Positions 1 to 11,380 of a stretch of 64,000 nucleotides of DNA are shown here, in pieces. The stretch covers positions 2,848,001-2,912,000 of the forward strand of contig OZ253470.1 in assembly GCA_965261735.1 (NCBI GenBank). The letters are read 5' to 3'. This stretch comes from Alphaproteobacteria bacterium (GTDB taxonomy: Bacteria; Pseudomonadota; Alphaproteobacteria; SHVV01). The notes beneath the pieces are model-generated. The model was not told the DNA's origin, did not search any database, and saw nothing but the letters and a program-made list of their open reading frames with translations. Position numbers and translations under genes: made by a program. Each line of letters begins with the position of its first letter. Within the stretch, counting starts at the first letter, position 1.

Positions 1-2
1 TT

Positions 3-1520
3 GAGCTAGGGCGCGAACTAGCGGCCCGCGGCGTCGAGATTCTGTCGACCGGCGGCTCGGCCAAGGCGCTTGCCGAGGCCGGCATCGAGGCCCGCGAGGT
101 CGCCGACTACACGGGCTTTCCCGAGATGATGGACGGCCGCGTCAAGACCCTGCACCCGAAGGTGCACGGCGGCATCCTGGCCTTGCGCGACTCCGAGGCG
201 CACGGCGCGGCCATGGCACGCCACGACATCGGCGCCATCGATCTGGTGGTGGTCAACCTCTACCCGTTCGAGGACACGGTCGCGCGCGGGGCCGGGTTCG
301 CCGAGTGCGTCGAGAACATCGACATCGGCGGGCCGGCGATGATCCGCTCGGCGGCCAAGAACCACGCCTTCGTCACGGTGGTCGTGGAACCCGCCGACTA
401 CGACGAGGTAATCGCCGAGATGGCGGCGCACGAGGGCGCCGTGAGCGAGGCACTGCGCCGGCGCTTGGCGGCCAAGGCCTTCGCGCGCACTGCCGCCTAC
501 GACGCCGCGATCGCGGCGTGGTTCGCGCGCGAACAGGGCGAGGCCTTCCCGGAGCGGCTGGTCGTCGCCGCGCGCCGCCGAGAGGTCCTGCGCTACGGCG
601 AGAACCCGCACCAGCAGGCCGCGTTCTACGTGAGTGGCGCCGCTGCCTCGGGGGTGGCGACCGCGCATCAGCATCAGGGCAAGGCGCTGAGCTACAACAA
701 CCTCAATGACACCGACGCCGCCTACGAGCTCGTGGCCGAGTTCGACCGTCCGGCGGTCGCCATCATCAAGCACGCCAATCCGTGCGGCGTCGCCGAGGGC
801 GAGAGCCTCGTCGAGGCCTACCGCAAGGCGCTGGCCTGCGATCCGGTCAGCGCTTTCGGCGGTATCGTCGCCCTCAACCGGACGCTCGACGAGGCGACGG
901 CGGGCGAAATCGTCAAACTCTTCACCGAGGTCGTCATCGCGCCCGACCTCGATACGGCGGCCGAAAAGGTGCTCCAGGCCAAGAAGAACCTGCGGCTGCT
1001 GACGGCGGGCGGCCTCGCCGATCCGGGCGCGCCAGGCTTCCTGCTACGGGCGGTCGGCGGCGGCTACCTGGTGCAGAGCCGCGACGCGGGCCGCACGACG
1101 GCGGCCGATCTCAAGGTGGTGAGCAAGCGCGCGCCGACGCCGCGCGAGCATACCGACCTGGTGTTCGCCTTCACCGTCGCCAAGCACGTCAAGTCCAACG
1201 CCATCGTCTACGCGCGCGACGGCGCCACGGTGGGCATCGGCGCGGGCCAGATGAGCCGCGTCGACTCGGCCCGGATCGCCGCCCAAAAGGCGCGCGATAC
1301 CGCGACCGCGGCCGGCCTCGAAGAGCCCGCGACGAAGGGCTCGGCGGCGGCGTCCGACGCCTTCTTCCCGTTCGCCGACGGCCTGGTGGCGACGGCCGAG
1401 GCCGGCGCCACGGCGGTCATTCAGCCGGGCGGCTCGATGCGCGACGACGAGGTCATCGCCGCGGCCGACGAGGCCGGCCTCGCGATGGTGTTCACCGGCA
1501 TGCGCCACTTCCGGCACTAG
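3..1520 (+). CDS. purH: Bifunctional AICAR transformylase/IMP cyclohydrolase (5' end outside window)
   Basis: Frame open from position 3; motifs [48 protein letters not shown]-terminal RHFRH. Confidence 0.98.
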   Translation, partial: ELGRELAARGVEILSTGGSAKALAEAGIEAREVADYTGFPEMMDGRVKTLHPKVHGGILALRDSEAHGAAMARHDIGAIDLVVVNLYPFEDTVARGAGFAECVENIDIGGPAMIRSAAKNHAFVTVVVEPADYDEVIAEMAAHEGAVSEALRRRLAAKAFARTAAYDAAIAAWFAREQGEAFPERLVVAARRREVLRYGENPHQQAAFYVSGAAASGVATAHQHQGKALSYNNLNDTDAAYELVAEFDRPAVAIIKHANPCGVAEGESLVEAYRKALACDPVSAFGGIVALNRTLDEATAGEIVKLFTEVVIAPDLDTAAEKVLQAKKNLRLLTAGGLADPGAPGFLLRAVGGGYLVQSRDAGRTTAADLKVVSKRAPTPREHTDLVFAFTVAKHVKSNAIVYARDGATVGIGAGQMSRVDSARIAAQKARDTATAAGLEEPATKGSAAASDAFFPFADGLVATAEAGATAVIQPGGSMRDDEVIAAADEAGLAMVFTGMRHFRH

Positions 1521-1534
1521 TCGAGGAGGAGGAC

Positions 1535-1702
1535 ATGATCGTCACGACGACACCCAGCGTCGAAGGAAAGAAGATCGCCGAATACCTCGGTCTGGTTACC
1601 GGTGAAGCGATCATGGGCGCCAATCTGGATTATGAGACCGTCGGCAGCAAGGGCAGCATGTTGATGGTGACCGCGACGGGCACGGCAGTAAGAACGTCGT
1701 AG
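1535..1702 (+). pseudogene. YbjQ (UPF0145) family protein with internal deletion, 55 aa
   Basis: RBS GGAGGAGG; the N-terminus [30 protein letters not shown] is joined directly to the C-terminus [18 protein letters not shown], and the usual central helical part is absent. Confidence 0.8.
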
Positions 1703-1712
1703 GTCGGCGCGC

Positions 1713-2996
1713 TCACGCTCGCGCGGGTTCGCGCACCAACATCAGCAGCACCAGGCCGGTAAGGAAGAAGATAAGGACCGTGGCCAGGCCCCAGCGCTGG
1801 CTTGCGGTGGCCGCGGTGACCGTGCTCGCGAGCGTCGGACCGATGAACGCGGTCGCCTTGCCGGAAAACGCGTAGAGGCCGAAGAACTCGGTCCTGAGCT
1901 CGGCTGGTGCGAGGCGCGCCAGCATCGAGCGGCTTGCGGCCTGGGCCGGGCCGACGAAGACACCGAGTGCCGAGCCGAAGATCCAGAACCAGGTCACGTC
2001 CGTTACCGCTACCGCGCCGGCGGCGGTCACCAGCAGGCCGACGAGCGAGAACGCGATGGTGCGCTTCGAGCCGAGCCAGTCGTCGAGCCAGGCGAAGCTG
2101 ACGGCGCCGAGGCCGGCGGTGAGGTTGAGCAGAATGCCGAAGATGAGAACCTGCTCGAAGGACATGCCGAAGACGCCGGCGGCGAAGATGCCGCCGAGCG
2201 AGAACACCGTCACCAGACCGTCGGCGTAGATCAGGCGGGCGACGAGGAAGAGCGCCACGTTGCGGTGGGCGCGGATGTTTCTCAGCGTGGCGCCGAGCGT
2301 CGCCAAGCCCGCGCGGGCGGTCTGCGCCAAGGGTTCCTGGCTCGACTTCCTGTCGGGGGTGAAGACGAAGAGCGGCCAGGAGAAGAGAACGAACCATACG
2401 GCCACCAACGGGCCGACGATGCGCACGTGCTCGGCCGCCTCCTTATCCAAGCCGAACCACGGGCTCTGCGCTTGGACGAAAGCGAACAGCGCCAGCGCCA
2501 GCGCCGCGAGGCCGCCGAAATAGCCGAGCCCCCAAGCCCACCCCGACCAACGGCCGAGCCGGGCCAGCGGCACCAGATCGGGCAGCATCGCATTGTTGAA
2601 GACGATACCGAACTCGAAGGCCACGTTAGCGACGACGATCCACACCATGACCCACAGGATGAAGCGGGAGTCGGGCTCGGCCCACCACAGCATCGCCGAG
2701 CCAACGACGCAGAACGCGGTGAAGACCAGCAGGCCCGGCTTGCGCGGACCGCCGGCATCGGCGATGGCGCCTAACACCGGGCTCAGCAGCGCGACGATAA
2801 TGCCGCTCACGCCGATCGCGTACCCCCACAGGACCTGGCCCTGCACCTCGTCGCCGACGACGGCGCGGCCGAAATAGATGCTGAACACGAACGTGATGAT
2901 GAGCGTGGTGAAGGGCGAGTTGGCCCAATCGTAGAGCGCCCACGCGACGACGCCCCTGGTCGGCGCGGGCGGCGGCTCGGGCGTGGCGGCGGCCAT
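1713..2996 (-). CDS. MFS transporter, UMF1/Atg22-like
   Basis: WALYDWANS, FNNAMLPDL, QAASRSMLARL, EFFGLY motifs; about 12 hydrophobic segments. Confidence 0.9.
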   Translation of the reverse strand: MAAATPEPPPAPTRGVVAWALYDWANSPFTTLIITFVFSIYFGRAVVGDEVQGQVLWGYAIGVSGIIVALLSPVLGAIADAGGPRKPGLLVFTAFCVVGSAMLWWAEPDSRFILWVMVWIVVANVAFEFGIVFNNAMLPDLVPLARLGRWSGWAWGLGYFGGLAALALALFAFVQAQSPWFGLDKEAAEHVRIVGPLVAVWFVLFSWPLFVFTPDRKSSQEPLAQTARAGLATLGATLRNIRAHRNVALFLVARLIYADGLVTVFSLGGIFAAGVFGMSFEQVLIFGILLNLTAGLGAVSFAWLDDWLGSKRTIAFSLVGLLVTAAGAVAVTDVTWFWIFGSALGVFVGPAQAASRSMLARLAPAELRTEFFGLYAFSGKATAFIGPTLASTVTAATASQRWGLATVLIFFLTGLVLLMLVREPARA

Positions 2997-2999
2997 GGC

Positions 3000-5900
3000 T
3001 CAGCCGACGATCAGGCCGCGAACGTGACGGTTGGCGATGGCGAGGCGCGCAACGTCGATGCCGCCGGCGCTGCGAAAGGACGCCATCAAGTCGGCGCTGC
3101 GGGCCACCACGGCGGCATTGTCGGCCTCCCACTTGGCCAGCGCCGCGTCGCCTGCCGCGCAGTCGGCGCCATCGAAAACGCGGCTCGTGAGCGCGCGCTG
3201 CTGGCCGTAGAAGTCCTCCAGGATGGCGCTGATGGCGCGCCGTTCCCAGGGTGAATCGGGCGCCAGCTGCTCGGCTTCCGCGCGCAGCCAGTCGAGCCCG
3301 AGGCGCGCGCCGAGCGCGAAGTAGACGCGCGCCACCTCGGCGACCGAGCGGCCGCCGAGCCGCGCCACCTCGACCACGTGGCAGGCCGCCGCCAGGGTAT
3401 CGAGCCGCGCCACGCGGCGCGCGAGGTCGGCCGGCACACCCTCGCCGCGTAGCCCGGCACTGCGCTGCTCGAGACCGACCGCCTCGAATTCGCTGATGAC
3501 GCCATCGAGCACCGCGTCCACGGCCGCGATGCCGGGCGCCAGCTGCGCGATCGTGCCCGCGATGTCGAGCGGCGCGCGGCGGTTGCGCAGGTACCACTCT
3601 GTCGAGCGGTGGATGAGCTGCATGACCTCGCCGAACATGCGCACCTGCAGCGCCGCCGGGACCTTGTTGTCGAGCGCCTCGATCGCGAGCCACAGCGGGC
3701 GCAGGGCGAAGGCATCGCGCGTGAGGGTGTAGGCGCGGGCGATGTCGGCGGCCGCCGCACCGGTTTCCTCAACGAGGTCGCTGACGAATGTCGGCCCGGC
3801 ACGGTTGACGATGCTGTTGGCGACGACCGTGGCGACGATTTCGCGGCGCAGGCGATGGCCCGCCAGCGCCGGCGCGAAGCGCTTGCGCAGCGCGCGCGGA
3901 AAATACAGGGCGAGGTCGTTGGCGAAGTACGGGTCTTCGGGAACGTCGCTGGCCGTGAGCGCGTCGAACAAGGTGATCTTGCTATAGGACACGAGGACGG
4001 AGATTTCCGGGCGCGTAAGGCCGCGGCCGGCCGCCTGACGCTCGGCGACCGCCTCCTCGTCGGGTAGGAACTCTATGGCCCGGTCGAGCGCTCCGGCGCG
4101 CTCCAGGGTATGCATCAGGCGCGCCTGGGCATCGAGGCCGGCGACATCTTCGGCCTCGCACACCGAGATCGCCTGCGCCTGCAGGTAGTTGTCGCGCAGC
4201 ACCAGATCGCCGACCTCGTCGGTCATGCGCGCGAGCAGCCGGTTGCGCTGACCCGCCACCAGCGAGCGGTCGGCGATGGCGCCGTTGAGCAGGATCTTGA
4301 TGTTGACCTCGTGATCGGAGCAATCGACGCCCGCGGAGTTGTCGACGAAGTCGGTGTTGACCCGGCCCCCGCCGAGCGCGAATTCGATGCGGCCGCGCTG
4401 GGTGATGCCTAGGTTGGCGCCCTCGCCTATCACCCGGCAGCGCAACGCCCGGGCGTCGATGCGCAATCCGTCGGTGGCGCGGTCGCCGGCGTCGGCGTCG
4501 CTCTCGGCCACGGCCTTGACATAGGTCCCGATGCCGCCGAACCACAGCAAATCGACGGACGCCTTGAGGAGGGCCCGGATCAGGTCGGCCGGCGTCAGGC
4601 TGTCGGCCTCGAGATCGAAAGTGCGCTTGATCTCGGGCGAGAGCTTGATCGACGTCGCCGCTCGGTCGAACACGCCACCGCCCTTGGAGATCAGCGCGGG
4701 CTTGTAGTTGCTCCACGATGACCGCGGCAGCGCGAACAGCCGCTTGCGCTCGGCGTAGCTCTTTTTCGCATCCGGATCGGGATCGACGAAGATGTGCTGG
4801 TGGTTGAAGGCGGCGACGAGCCTGATGTGCGGCGACAGCAACATGCCGTTGCCGAACACGTCGCCCCCCATATCGCCGATGCCGACCACGCTGAACGGCG
4901 TGGTTTAGGTATCGAGCCCAAGCTCGCGGAAGTGGCGCTTGACCGATTCCCAGGCGCCGCGCGCGGTGATTCCCATCCGTTTGTGGTCGTAGCCGGCCGA
5001 CCCGCCCGAGGCGAACGCATCGCCGAGCCAGAACCCGTACGCCTGCGACACGTCGTTGGCGATGTCGGAGAACGTCGCCGTGCCCTTGTCGGCGGCGACG
5101 ACGAGGTAGGGGTCATCCTCGTCGTGGCGGACGACATCGCGGGGCGGCGCGATCGCGCCCTCGACGAGGTTGTCGGTCAGGTCGAGGAGCCCGCTCATGA
5201 ACGTGACGTAGGAGGCGATGACTTCGTTCTGGATCGCTTGCCGGTCATCGGTCGCGGGCAGGCGCTTGGTCACGAACCCGCCCTTCGAGCCGACCGGCAC
5301 GATGACCGAGTTCTTGACCATCTGCGCCTTCATCAGGCCGAGCACCTCGGTGCGGAAGTCCTCGCGCCGGTCGGACCAGCGGATGCCGCCGCGCGCGATC
5401 CTGCCAGCGAAGGATACGGTCCTCGTCGAGGTTCGCGACGGCCTCGAGTTGGGCGTCGATAGCGACGAGCAATCGGCTCGCGCGGCGCCCCGAGGTTTGG
5501 GCCTGGGCCGGATCGAAGCGGGCGTGGAACAGCTTGACCAGATTCCGCGAGATGGCGGGATGGCCGCACAGGGTGTCCTCGAGGTAGCGCGGACTGAAGG
5601 GAATGTTGGCTTGATGCAAATACTTGGCGTAGGCCCTGAGCACGACGACGTCGCGCCACTCGAGGCCGGCCCGGAACACGAGTCCGTTGAAGCGATCGTC
5701 CTCAACCTCGCCGCGCCATATCCGCAATACCGCGTCCTCGAACTTCGCGGCGGTGGCGGCCAGGTCGGGCATCTCGCCATCCGGAGCGGCGACCTCGAAA
5801 TCATGAATCCATATTGGCGGCCGAGCGTTGCCGCGGTTAACGCGGTAGGGCCACTCGTAGAGGACCCGGAGCCCCATGTGCTCGAGCACCGGTAGCGAAT

Positions 5901-7667
5901 CCGATAGCGCCACCGGCTTCTCCGGATGGTAGATCTTGAAGCGCACCGCCCTTTCTTCGGGGTGCCGCGCCGCGTACAGGTGAACGCCGACCTCATCGAT
6001 ACCACCGAGACCTTCGATCTTGTCGATGTCGAGCACCGCGTTAGCGGCGTCGAAGACCTCGCGGTAGGCCGTGGGAAAGGCCTCGCCATAGAGCGCGGTA
6101 AGCCTCCTACCCTCGACCGCGCCGTGGCGGTCGATGAGCGCGTCTTCCAGATCCTCGCGCCATGTGCGGGCCGCGGCGACGAGTTTGGCCTCGAGCGCGG
6201 CGACATTGGGCTCGGCTGTATCGCTCGGGGTGCGCCCGATGATGAAGTGCAGGCGGGCCAAGGCGTCGTCGCCGATCTGTGTCGAGAAGGCCGAGTTGCG
6301 GCCGCGAAACGCCTCCGCCAGGATCGCCTCGAAGCGCCTGCGGAGCGCGGTCGTATGCTGCTCGCGGGGCACGAAAACGAGGCAGGAGGCAAAGCGCTTG
6401 AAGCGGTCCGAGCGGACGAACAGCCGGATGCGCGGCCGTTCGCTGAGGTGCAGGATGCCGGTCGCCGCCTCGTACAGCTCGTCCTCGGAGATCTGCAGAA
6501 GCTCGTCGCGGGGAAACGTCTCCAGGATGTGGAGCAGCGCCTTACCGGCATGGCTCGTGGCGCCGAGACGCGAGCGTTCGACCACGTGCCGCACCTTACG
6601 CCGCAAGACCGGAATACTGGACGGGCTCATGCTGTACGCGGTCGAGGTGAACAGGCCGATGAAGCGGTGCTCGCCTATCGCGCGGCCCTGGGCGTCGAGG
6701 CTCTTCACGCCGACGTAATCCATGTGGACCGCCCGGTGTACCGTGCTGCGCACGCTCGTCTTGGTGATGTGAAGCAGCGCCGGCTGCTTTAGGAAGTGGC
6801 GAATCTCCGGCGGCAGGTCGGTAAGACGGCGGGGGGGGGGTCCGAGGACGTGCACCCGGGGATCACGTAGCAGGCCCTTGCCGGAGTCCTTGACCGGCGC
6901 GAACAGGGCCTCGCGCCCGTGGTCGCGCAGATCGAATTCGCGATAGCCGAGAAGCGTGAAGTTGTCGTCCTTCATCCACGCGAGGAAGGCCTTGGCCTCG
7001 GCCATCTCGGCGGCGTCGATCATGGGGGGGGGCCAGACTCGAGGGTCGCGATGGCGTCGTCGAGCTCGCCCAGCATGGGCCGCCAATCCGCGACCACCGC
7101 GCGTACATTGGCGAGCGACTTGTCGAGGTCCGCAACCAGAGACTCGCGCGCCTCGGGCGCCGCCTGATGGTCGATGCCGATATGCATCCATGACTCTTGT
7201 ATCGACGAATCGCTGCCGGCCGAGGGCGCCGGTGCGGCACGCAGGAGCTTGATCTTGCCCTGAGCGGCCCTCTCGACTAGCAGGACCGGATGAACGACAA
7301 AATGCGTGGCGACGCCGGCCCGCGCCACGGCCATGGTCACCGAGTCGACGAGGAACGGCATGTCGTCGTGGATGATCTCGACGATCGTGTGCGATGAGGA
7401 CCACCCGTCGATCCGTGGGTCCGGATCGTAGGCCCTGATCTTTGCCCGGCCGGGCATCCGCTTCTGGCCGAACCGCCACAGCGAACGGGCGGCGCCGTAC
7501 AGGGTTTCGCTCGACTGGCTGGCAATGTCCTCGGGTGCCACGTGCTGGCAGTACTGGCGCGCGAAGGCCTCGAACTCGCCCCCGCGGCCCTTGCCGGCCT
7601 CGCGCCGAAGGCGTCGGATAACCTCGGCGATGCGGCGCTGCTTAAGCGCTTCGGGCCTGACTACCAT
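3000..7667 (-). pseudogene. Large NAD-specific glutamate dehydrogenase (GdhB/GdhZ type), disrupted
   Basis: Motifs [74 protein letters not shown] are split over several ORFs. Frameshift at the G-run near 7024-7032, internal deletion with frameshift near 5405, in-frame TAA at 4905-4907. Confidence 0.92.
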
Positions 7668-7857
7668 GTCGATGGTTCCCGCCGCGCCGTCTCGCCGGCC
7701 CTAGCGATCCCGCCGGGAACGGGCGGGCTCCGGCACAGGGCGCTGCGTGTCGACACCGCCCGAAGGCGCGCAGCGCGATGTTGGGCGGTCCGTCAACCCC
7801 GTTCGCGCGGAAGGGCTGCGGCGGGCGCCAAGCGCCCTAGCCACTCACGCCGAGGGC

Positions 7858-9210
7858 TCACACCACGCCATACGCGATCATGGCATCGGCAACCTTGATG
7901 AAACCGGCGACATTGGCGCCCTTGAGGTAGTTGATATAGCCGTCCGGCTCCTTGCCGTACTCGAGGCAGCTCCCGTGGATGCCGCTCATGATGTCGCGCA
8001 GCAGCTTTTGCAGCTCTTCCTCCTTCCACGAGATGCGGGCGCTGTTCTGGCTCATCTCCAGACCCGACACGGCGACGCCGCCGGCGTTGGCCGCCTTGCT
8101 CGGGGCGAACAGGATCTTGGCATCGATGAAGGCATGGATGCCGTCCTGCTCCGTCGGCATGTTGGCGCCCTCGGAGATCCCCTTGCACCCGTTGGCGAGC
8201 AGAACCTTGGCGTCATCGGCGCTGATTTCGTTCTGGGTGGCGCACGGAAAGGCGAGGTCGCAGGCGACGTGCCACGGGCGCAGGCCCTCGTGGAACTCGA
8301 CGCCGAACTCCTCGGCATATTCCTGGATGCGGCCGCGGCGCTTGGTCTTCAGGTCTATGATCCAGGCCACCTTTTCGTCAGTGATTCCGTCGGGGTCATG
8401 GATGAAGCCGGACGAGTCGGACATGGTCAGCACCTTGCCGCCGAGTTGGTTGATCTTCTGCGCCGCGTAGGTGGCGACGTTGCCCGACCCCGAGACGAGG
8501 CACTTCTTGCCCTCGAAGCCATCGCCCGCGGTCTTCAGCATGTCTTCCATGAAGTAGACGGCGCCGTAGCCGGTGGCCTCGGTGCGGATCAGGCTGCCGC
8601 CGAACTCCAGCCCCTTGCCGGTAAGGACGCCGGTGAAGCGGTTGGTCAGGCGCTTGTATTGGCCGAACATGTAACCGATCTCGCGCGCGCCGACGCCGAT
8701 GTCGCCGGCCGGGACGTCGGTGTCCTCGCCGACGTGGCGATACAGCTCGGTCATGAAGGATTGACAGAACCGCATGACCTCGTTGTTCGACTTACCCCTC
8801 GGGTTGAAATCCGAACCGCCCTTGCCGCCGCCCATCGGCAGCCCGGTCAGGCTGTTCTTGAAGGTCTGCTCGAAGGCGAGAAACTTGAGGATGCTGAGCG
8901 TGACGCTGGGGTGGAAGCGGATGCCGCCCTTATAGGGGCCGATCGAGTTGTTGTTCTGGATGCGATAGCCGCGGTTGACGCGGATATTGCCGTTGTCATC
9001 CTCCCAGCAGACGCGAAAGATCACGATCCGGTCGGGCTCGGCGATGCGCCGCACGATCTGCATTTCATGGTAGATCGGCTTGTCGGCAATGTAGGGGAAG
9101 ATGTTCGATGCAACCTCGTACACCGCCTGGTGAAACTCGGTTTCTCCCGGGTTGCGCCTCTTGAGTCCGGCCATGAATTGATCGATGTCCACATGATCGG
9201 AAACAGCCAT
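7858..9210 (-). CDS. gdhA: NADP-specific (hexameric, small-type) glutamate dehydrogenase
   Basis: GPYKGGIRFHPSV, GGGKGGSDF, DVPAGDIGVG, RTEATGYG, SGSGNVA, KAANAGGVAVSGLEM. Confidence 0.96.
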   Translation of the reverse strand: MAVSDHVDIDQFMAGLKRRNPGETEFHQAVYEVASNIFPYIADKPIYHEMQIVRRIAEPDRIVIFRVCWEDDNGNIRVNRGYRIQNNNSIGPYKGGIRFHPSVTLSILKFLAFEQTFKNSLTGLPMGGGKGGSDFNPRGKSNNEVMRFCQSFMTELYRHVGEDTDVPAGDIGVGAREIGYMFGQYKRLTNRFTGVLTGKGLEFGGSLIRTEATGYGAVYFMEDMLKTAGDGFEGKKCLVSGSGNVATYAAQKINQLGGKVLTMSDSSGFIHDPDGITDEKVAWIIDLKTKRRGRIQEYAEEFGVEFHEGLRPWHVACDLAFPCATQNEISADDAKVLLANGCKGISEGANMPTEQDGIHAFIDAKILFAPSKAANAGGVAVSGLEMSQNSARISWKEEELQKLLRDIMSGIHGSCLEYGKEPDGYINYLKGANVAGFIKVADAMIAYGVV

Positions 9211-9412
9211 AATGAGTTCTCCCTTGCTCAGTTGATAATGGGGCGCCGCCGGGTGCGAGGCCGCTCGCCGTCATACCCCCCGTGGGTCAACGGCTTATTG
9301 GTGAAGCGAACGTTTGCCGCGGGCCAGGTCGCCACGGCGGCGCCGAGTGTAACAGGATTGCGAGGCCGAACGCGGCGGGATTACAACCGTGCTTTGGGGG
9401 TGAAAACGAGCC

Positions 9413-10651
9413 ATGCCCAGCGAGAGACTCACCTTTACCGGCGCCGCCGGGGCGGCGCTCGATGCCCGGCTCGACCTACCCGAAGGCGCGCCCCGGGCGT
9501 TCGCGCTGTTCGCGCATTGCTTCACGTGCTCGAAGGACAGGCTGGCCGCTGCGCGCATCGCCCGCGGGCTAGCCGGCGTGGGCGTGGCGACCCTACGCTT
9601 CGACTTCACCGGGCTTGGCGGTAGCGAGGGCGACTTCGCCAACACTGGATTCTCCTCCAACATCGACGACCTGGTCGCGGCCGCCGACCACCTGCGCCGC
9701 CACTACCGGGCGCCGGCACTCCTGGTCGGGCACAGCCTCGGCGGTACGGCGGTGCTCGCCGCCGCCCAACGCATACCCGAGGCGCGCTGCATCGCAACCA
9801 TCGCCGCGCCGGCCGAGCCTGCGCACGTGCGCCACTTGCTCGCACCCGCGGTGCCGGCGATCACGGCCCAGGGCGCGGCCGAGGTCGAGATCGGCGGGCG
9901 CCATTTCACCATCGCCCAGAGTTTCCTTGACGACATCGCGGCGCACGACGTGACGGCGGAACTCGCCACCCTCGAGAAAGCCCTCCTCGTCTTCCATGCC
10001 CCCGGCGACGATACGGTCGGCATCGACAACGCGACCCGTATCTTCGTCGCCGCGCGCCACCCCAAGAGCTTCGTCTCGCTCGACGATGCCGATCACCTGT
10101 TGACGCGGCGCGAGGATGGTGCCTACGTCGCCTCGGTGTTGGCGGCCTGGGCCGCGCGCTATGTCGGTGAGCCGGAGCCCGAACTCGCGCCCGCGCCCGA
10201 GCGGCTTGACCCGGGCACGGTGTTGGTCGAGGAGGCGGGCGGCGCGAAGCTCGTTCAGCGTGTTCGTGCCGGGCCCCACCTGCTTGCCGCCGACGAGCCG
10301 CGCGAGCACGGCGGCACCGATGCCGGCCCCTCGCCCTACGATCTGCTGCTCGCGGCCCTCGGCACTTGCACCACGATGACGCTGCGCCTCTACGCCGAAC
10401 GCAAGGGGTGGCCGCTCGAGAGGGCGGGCGTGGCGCTGCGCCACAACAAGGTCCACGCCACCGACTGCGCCGAGTGCGAGACGAGGGAGGGCCGGATCGA
10501 TCGCATCGAGCGCGATGTCACGCTCGACGGGCCGCTAAGCGCCGAGCAGCGCGCGCGCATGCTCGAAATAGCCGACAAATGCCCGGTCCATCGTACGCTC
10601 AAATCGGAGATCGACATCCGCACCCGGCTGGCCGAGGGGACCGTGGGCTAG
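9413..10651 (+). CDS. Bifunctional alpha/beta hydrolase-OsmC family protein
   Basis: FAHCFTCSKD, GHSLGG nucleophile elbow, ADHLL; OsmC half with LGTCTTMT and CPVHRTL. Confidence 0.93.
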   Translation: MPSERLTFTGAAGAALDARLDLPEGAPRAFALFAHCFTCSKDRLAAARIARGLAGVGVATLRFDFTGLGGSEGDFANTGFSSNIDDLVAAADHLRRHYRAPALLVGHSLGGTAVLAAAQRIPEARCIATIAAPAEPAHVRHLLAPAVPAITAQGAAEVEIGGRHFTIAQSFLDDIAAHDVTAELATLEKALLVFHAPGDDTVGIDNATRIFVAARHPKSFVSLDDADHLLTRREDGAYVASVLAAWAARYVGEPEPELAPAPERLDPGTVLVEEAGGAKLVQRVRAGPHLLAADEPREHGGTDAGPSPYDLLLAALGTCTTMTLRLYAERKGWPLERAGVALRHNKVHATDCAECETREGRIDRIERDVTLDGPLSAEQRARMLEIADKCPVHRTLKSEIDIRTRLAEGTVG

Positions 10652-10675
10652 GCCGGCCACTCGAGAGGTGATGCC

Positions 10676-11380
10676 ATGGACTTCAGGGACCGGCAGGTCG
10701 TCGTCACCGGTGGCACCGGCGCGCTGGGGACCGCCGTCGTCGGCGCCCTGATCGATGCCGGCGCGACCTGTCACGTTCCGAACTTCGATACCCGCGAGCT
10801 CGCGGGTTTCGCGCACGCGGGAAAGCCGGGCGTCAGCCTGACCACCGGCGTCGACCTCACCGACCAGGACGAGGTCGACTCCTACTACGCCGCGCTGCCC
10901 CGGTTGTGGGCGTCGCTCCACCTCGCCGGGGGCTTCGCGATGGCGCCCCTCGCCGAGGCCGGAGCGAGCGAGTTCCACGACCAGATGAACATGAACGTGC
11001 TCACCGCCTACCTGTGCTGCCGCGGCGCGGTCGCCAACATGCGCGGCGAGCCTGCCGGCGGCGGGCGCCTCGTCAACGTGGCCGCGCGGCCGGCGCTGGA
11101 GCCACGCCAGGGCGCCGGCATGGCGCTCTACGCCGCGGCCAAGGCAGCCGTCGCCACCCTCACGCTCGCGCTCGCCGAGGAGGTGGCGCCCGAGGGCATC
11201 TGGGTCAATGCAGTGGCACCCTCGATCCTCGATACGCCGCAGAACAGAGCCGCCATGCCGGGCGCCGACTTCACCGCCTGGCCCAAGGTCGAGGAGGTCG
11301 CGAGCACCATTGCCTTCCTCGCGGCGCCGGAAAACCTCGCCACGCGCGGCGCCGCCGTCGCCGTCTATGGCCGTAGCTGA
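10676..11380 (+). CDS. SDR family oxidoreductase
   Basis: VTGGTGALG, YAAAK catalytic motif, VNAVAPSILDTP. Confidence 0.92.
   Translation: MDFRDRQVVVTGGTGALGTAVVGALIDAGATCHVPNFDTRELAGFAHAGKPGVSLTTGVDLTDQDEVDSYYAALPRLWASLHLAGGFAMAPLAEAGASEFHDQMNMNVLTAYLCCRGAVANMRGEPAGGGRLVNVAARPALEPRQGAGMALYAAAKAAVATLTLALAEEVAPEGIWVNAVAPSILDTPQNRAAMPGADFTAWPKVEEVASTIAFLAAPENLATRGAAVAVYGRS

Noticed and set aside
4905-4907. In-frame stop in the large GDH as possible recoding
   Set aside because: It is TAA at a non-catalytic position in a gene with other lesions.
7747-9624. 625-aa plus-strand ORF
   Set aside because: Antisense shadow of gdhA; long antisense frames are expected in high-GC coding DNA.
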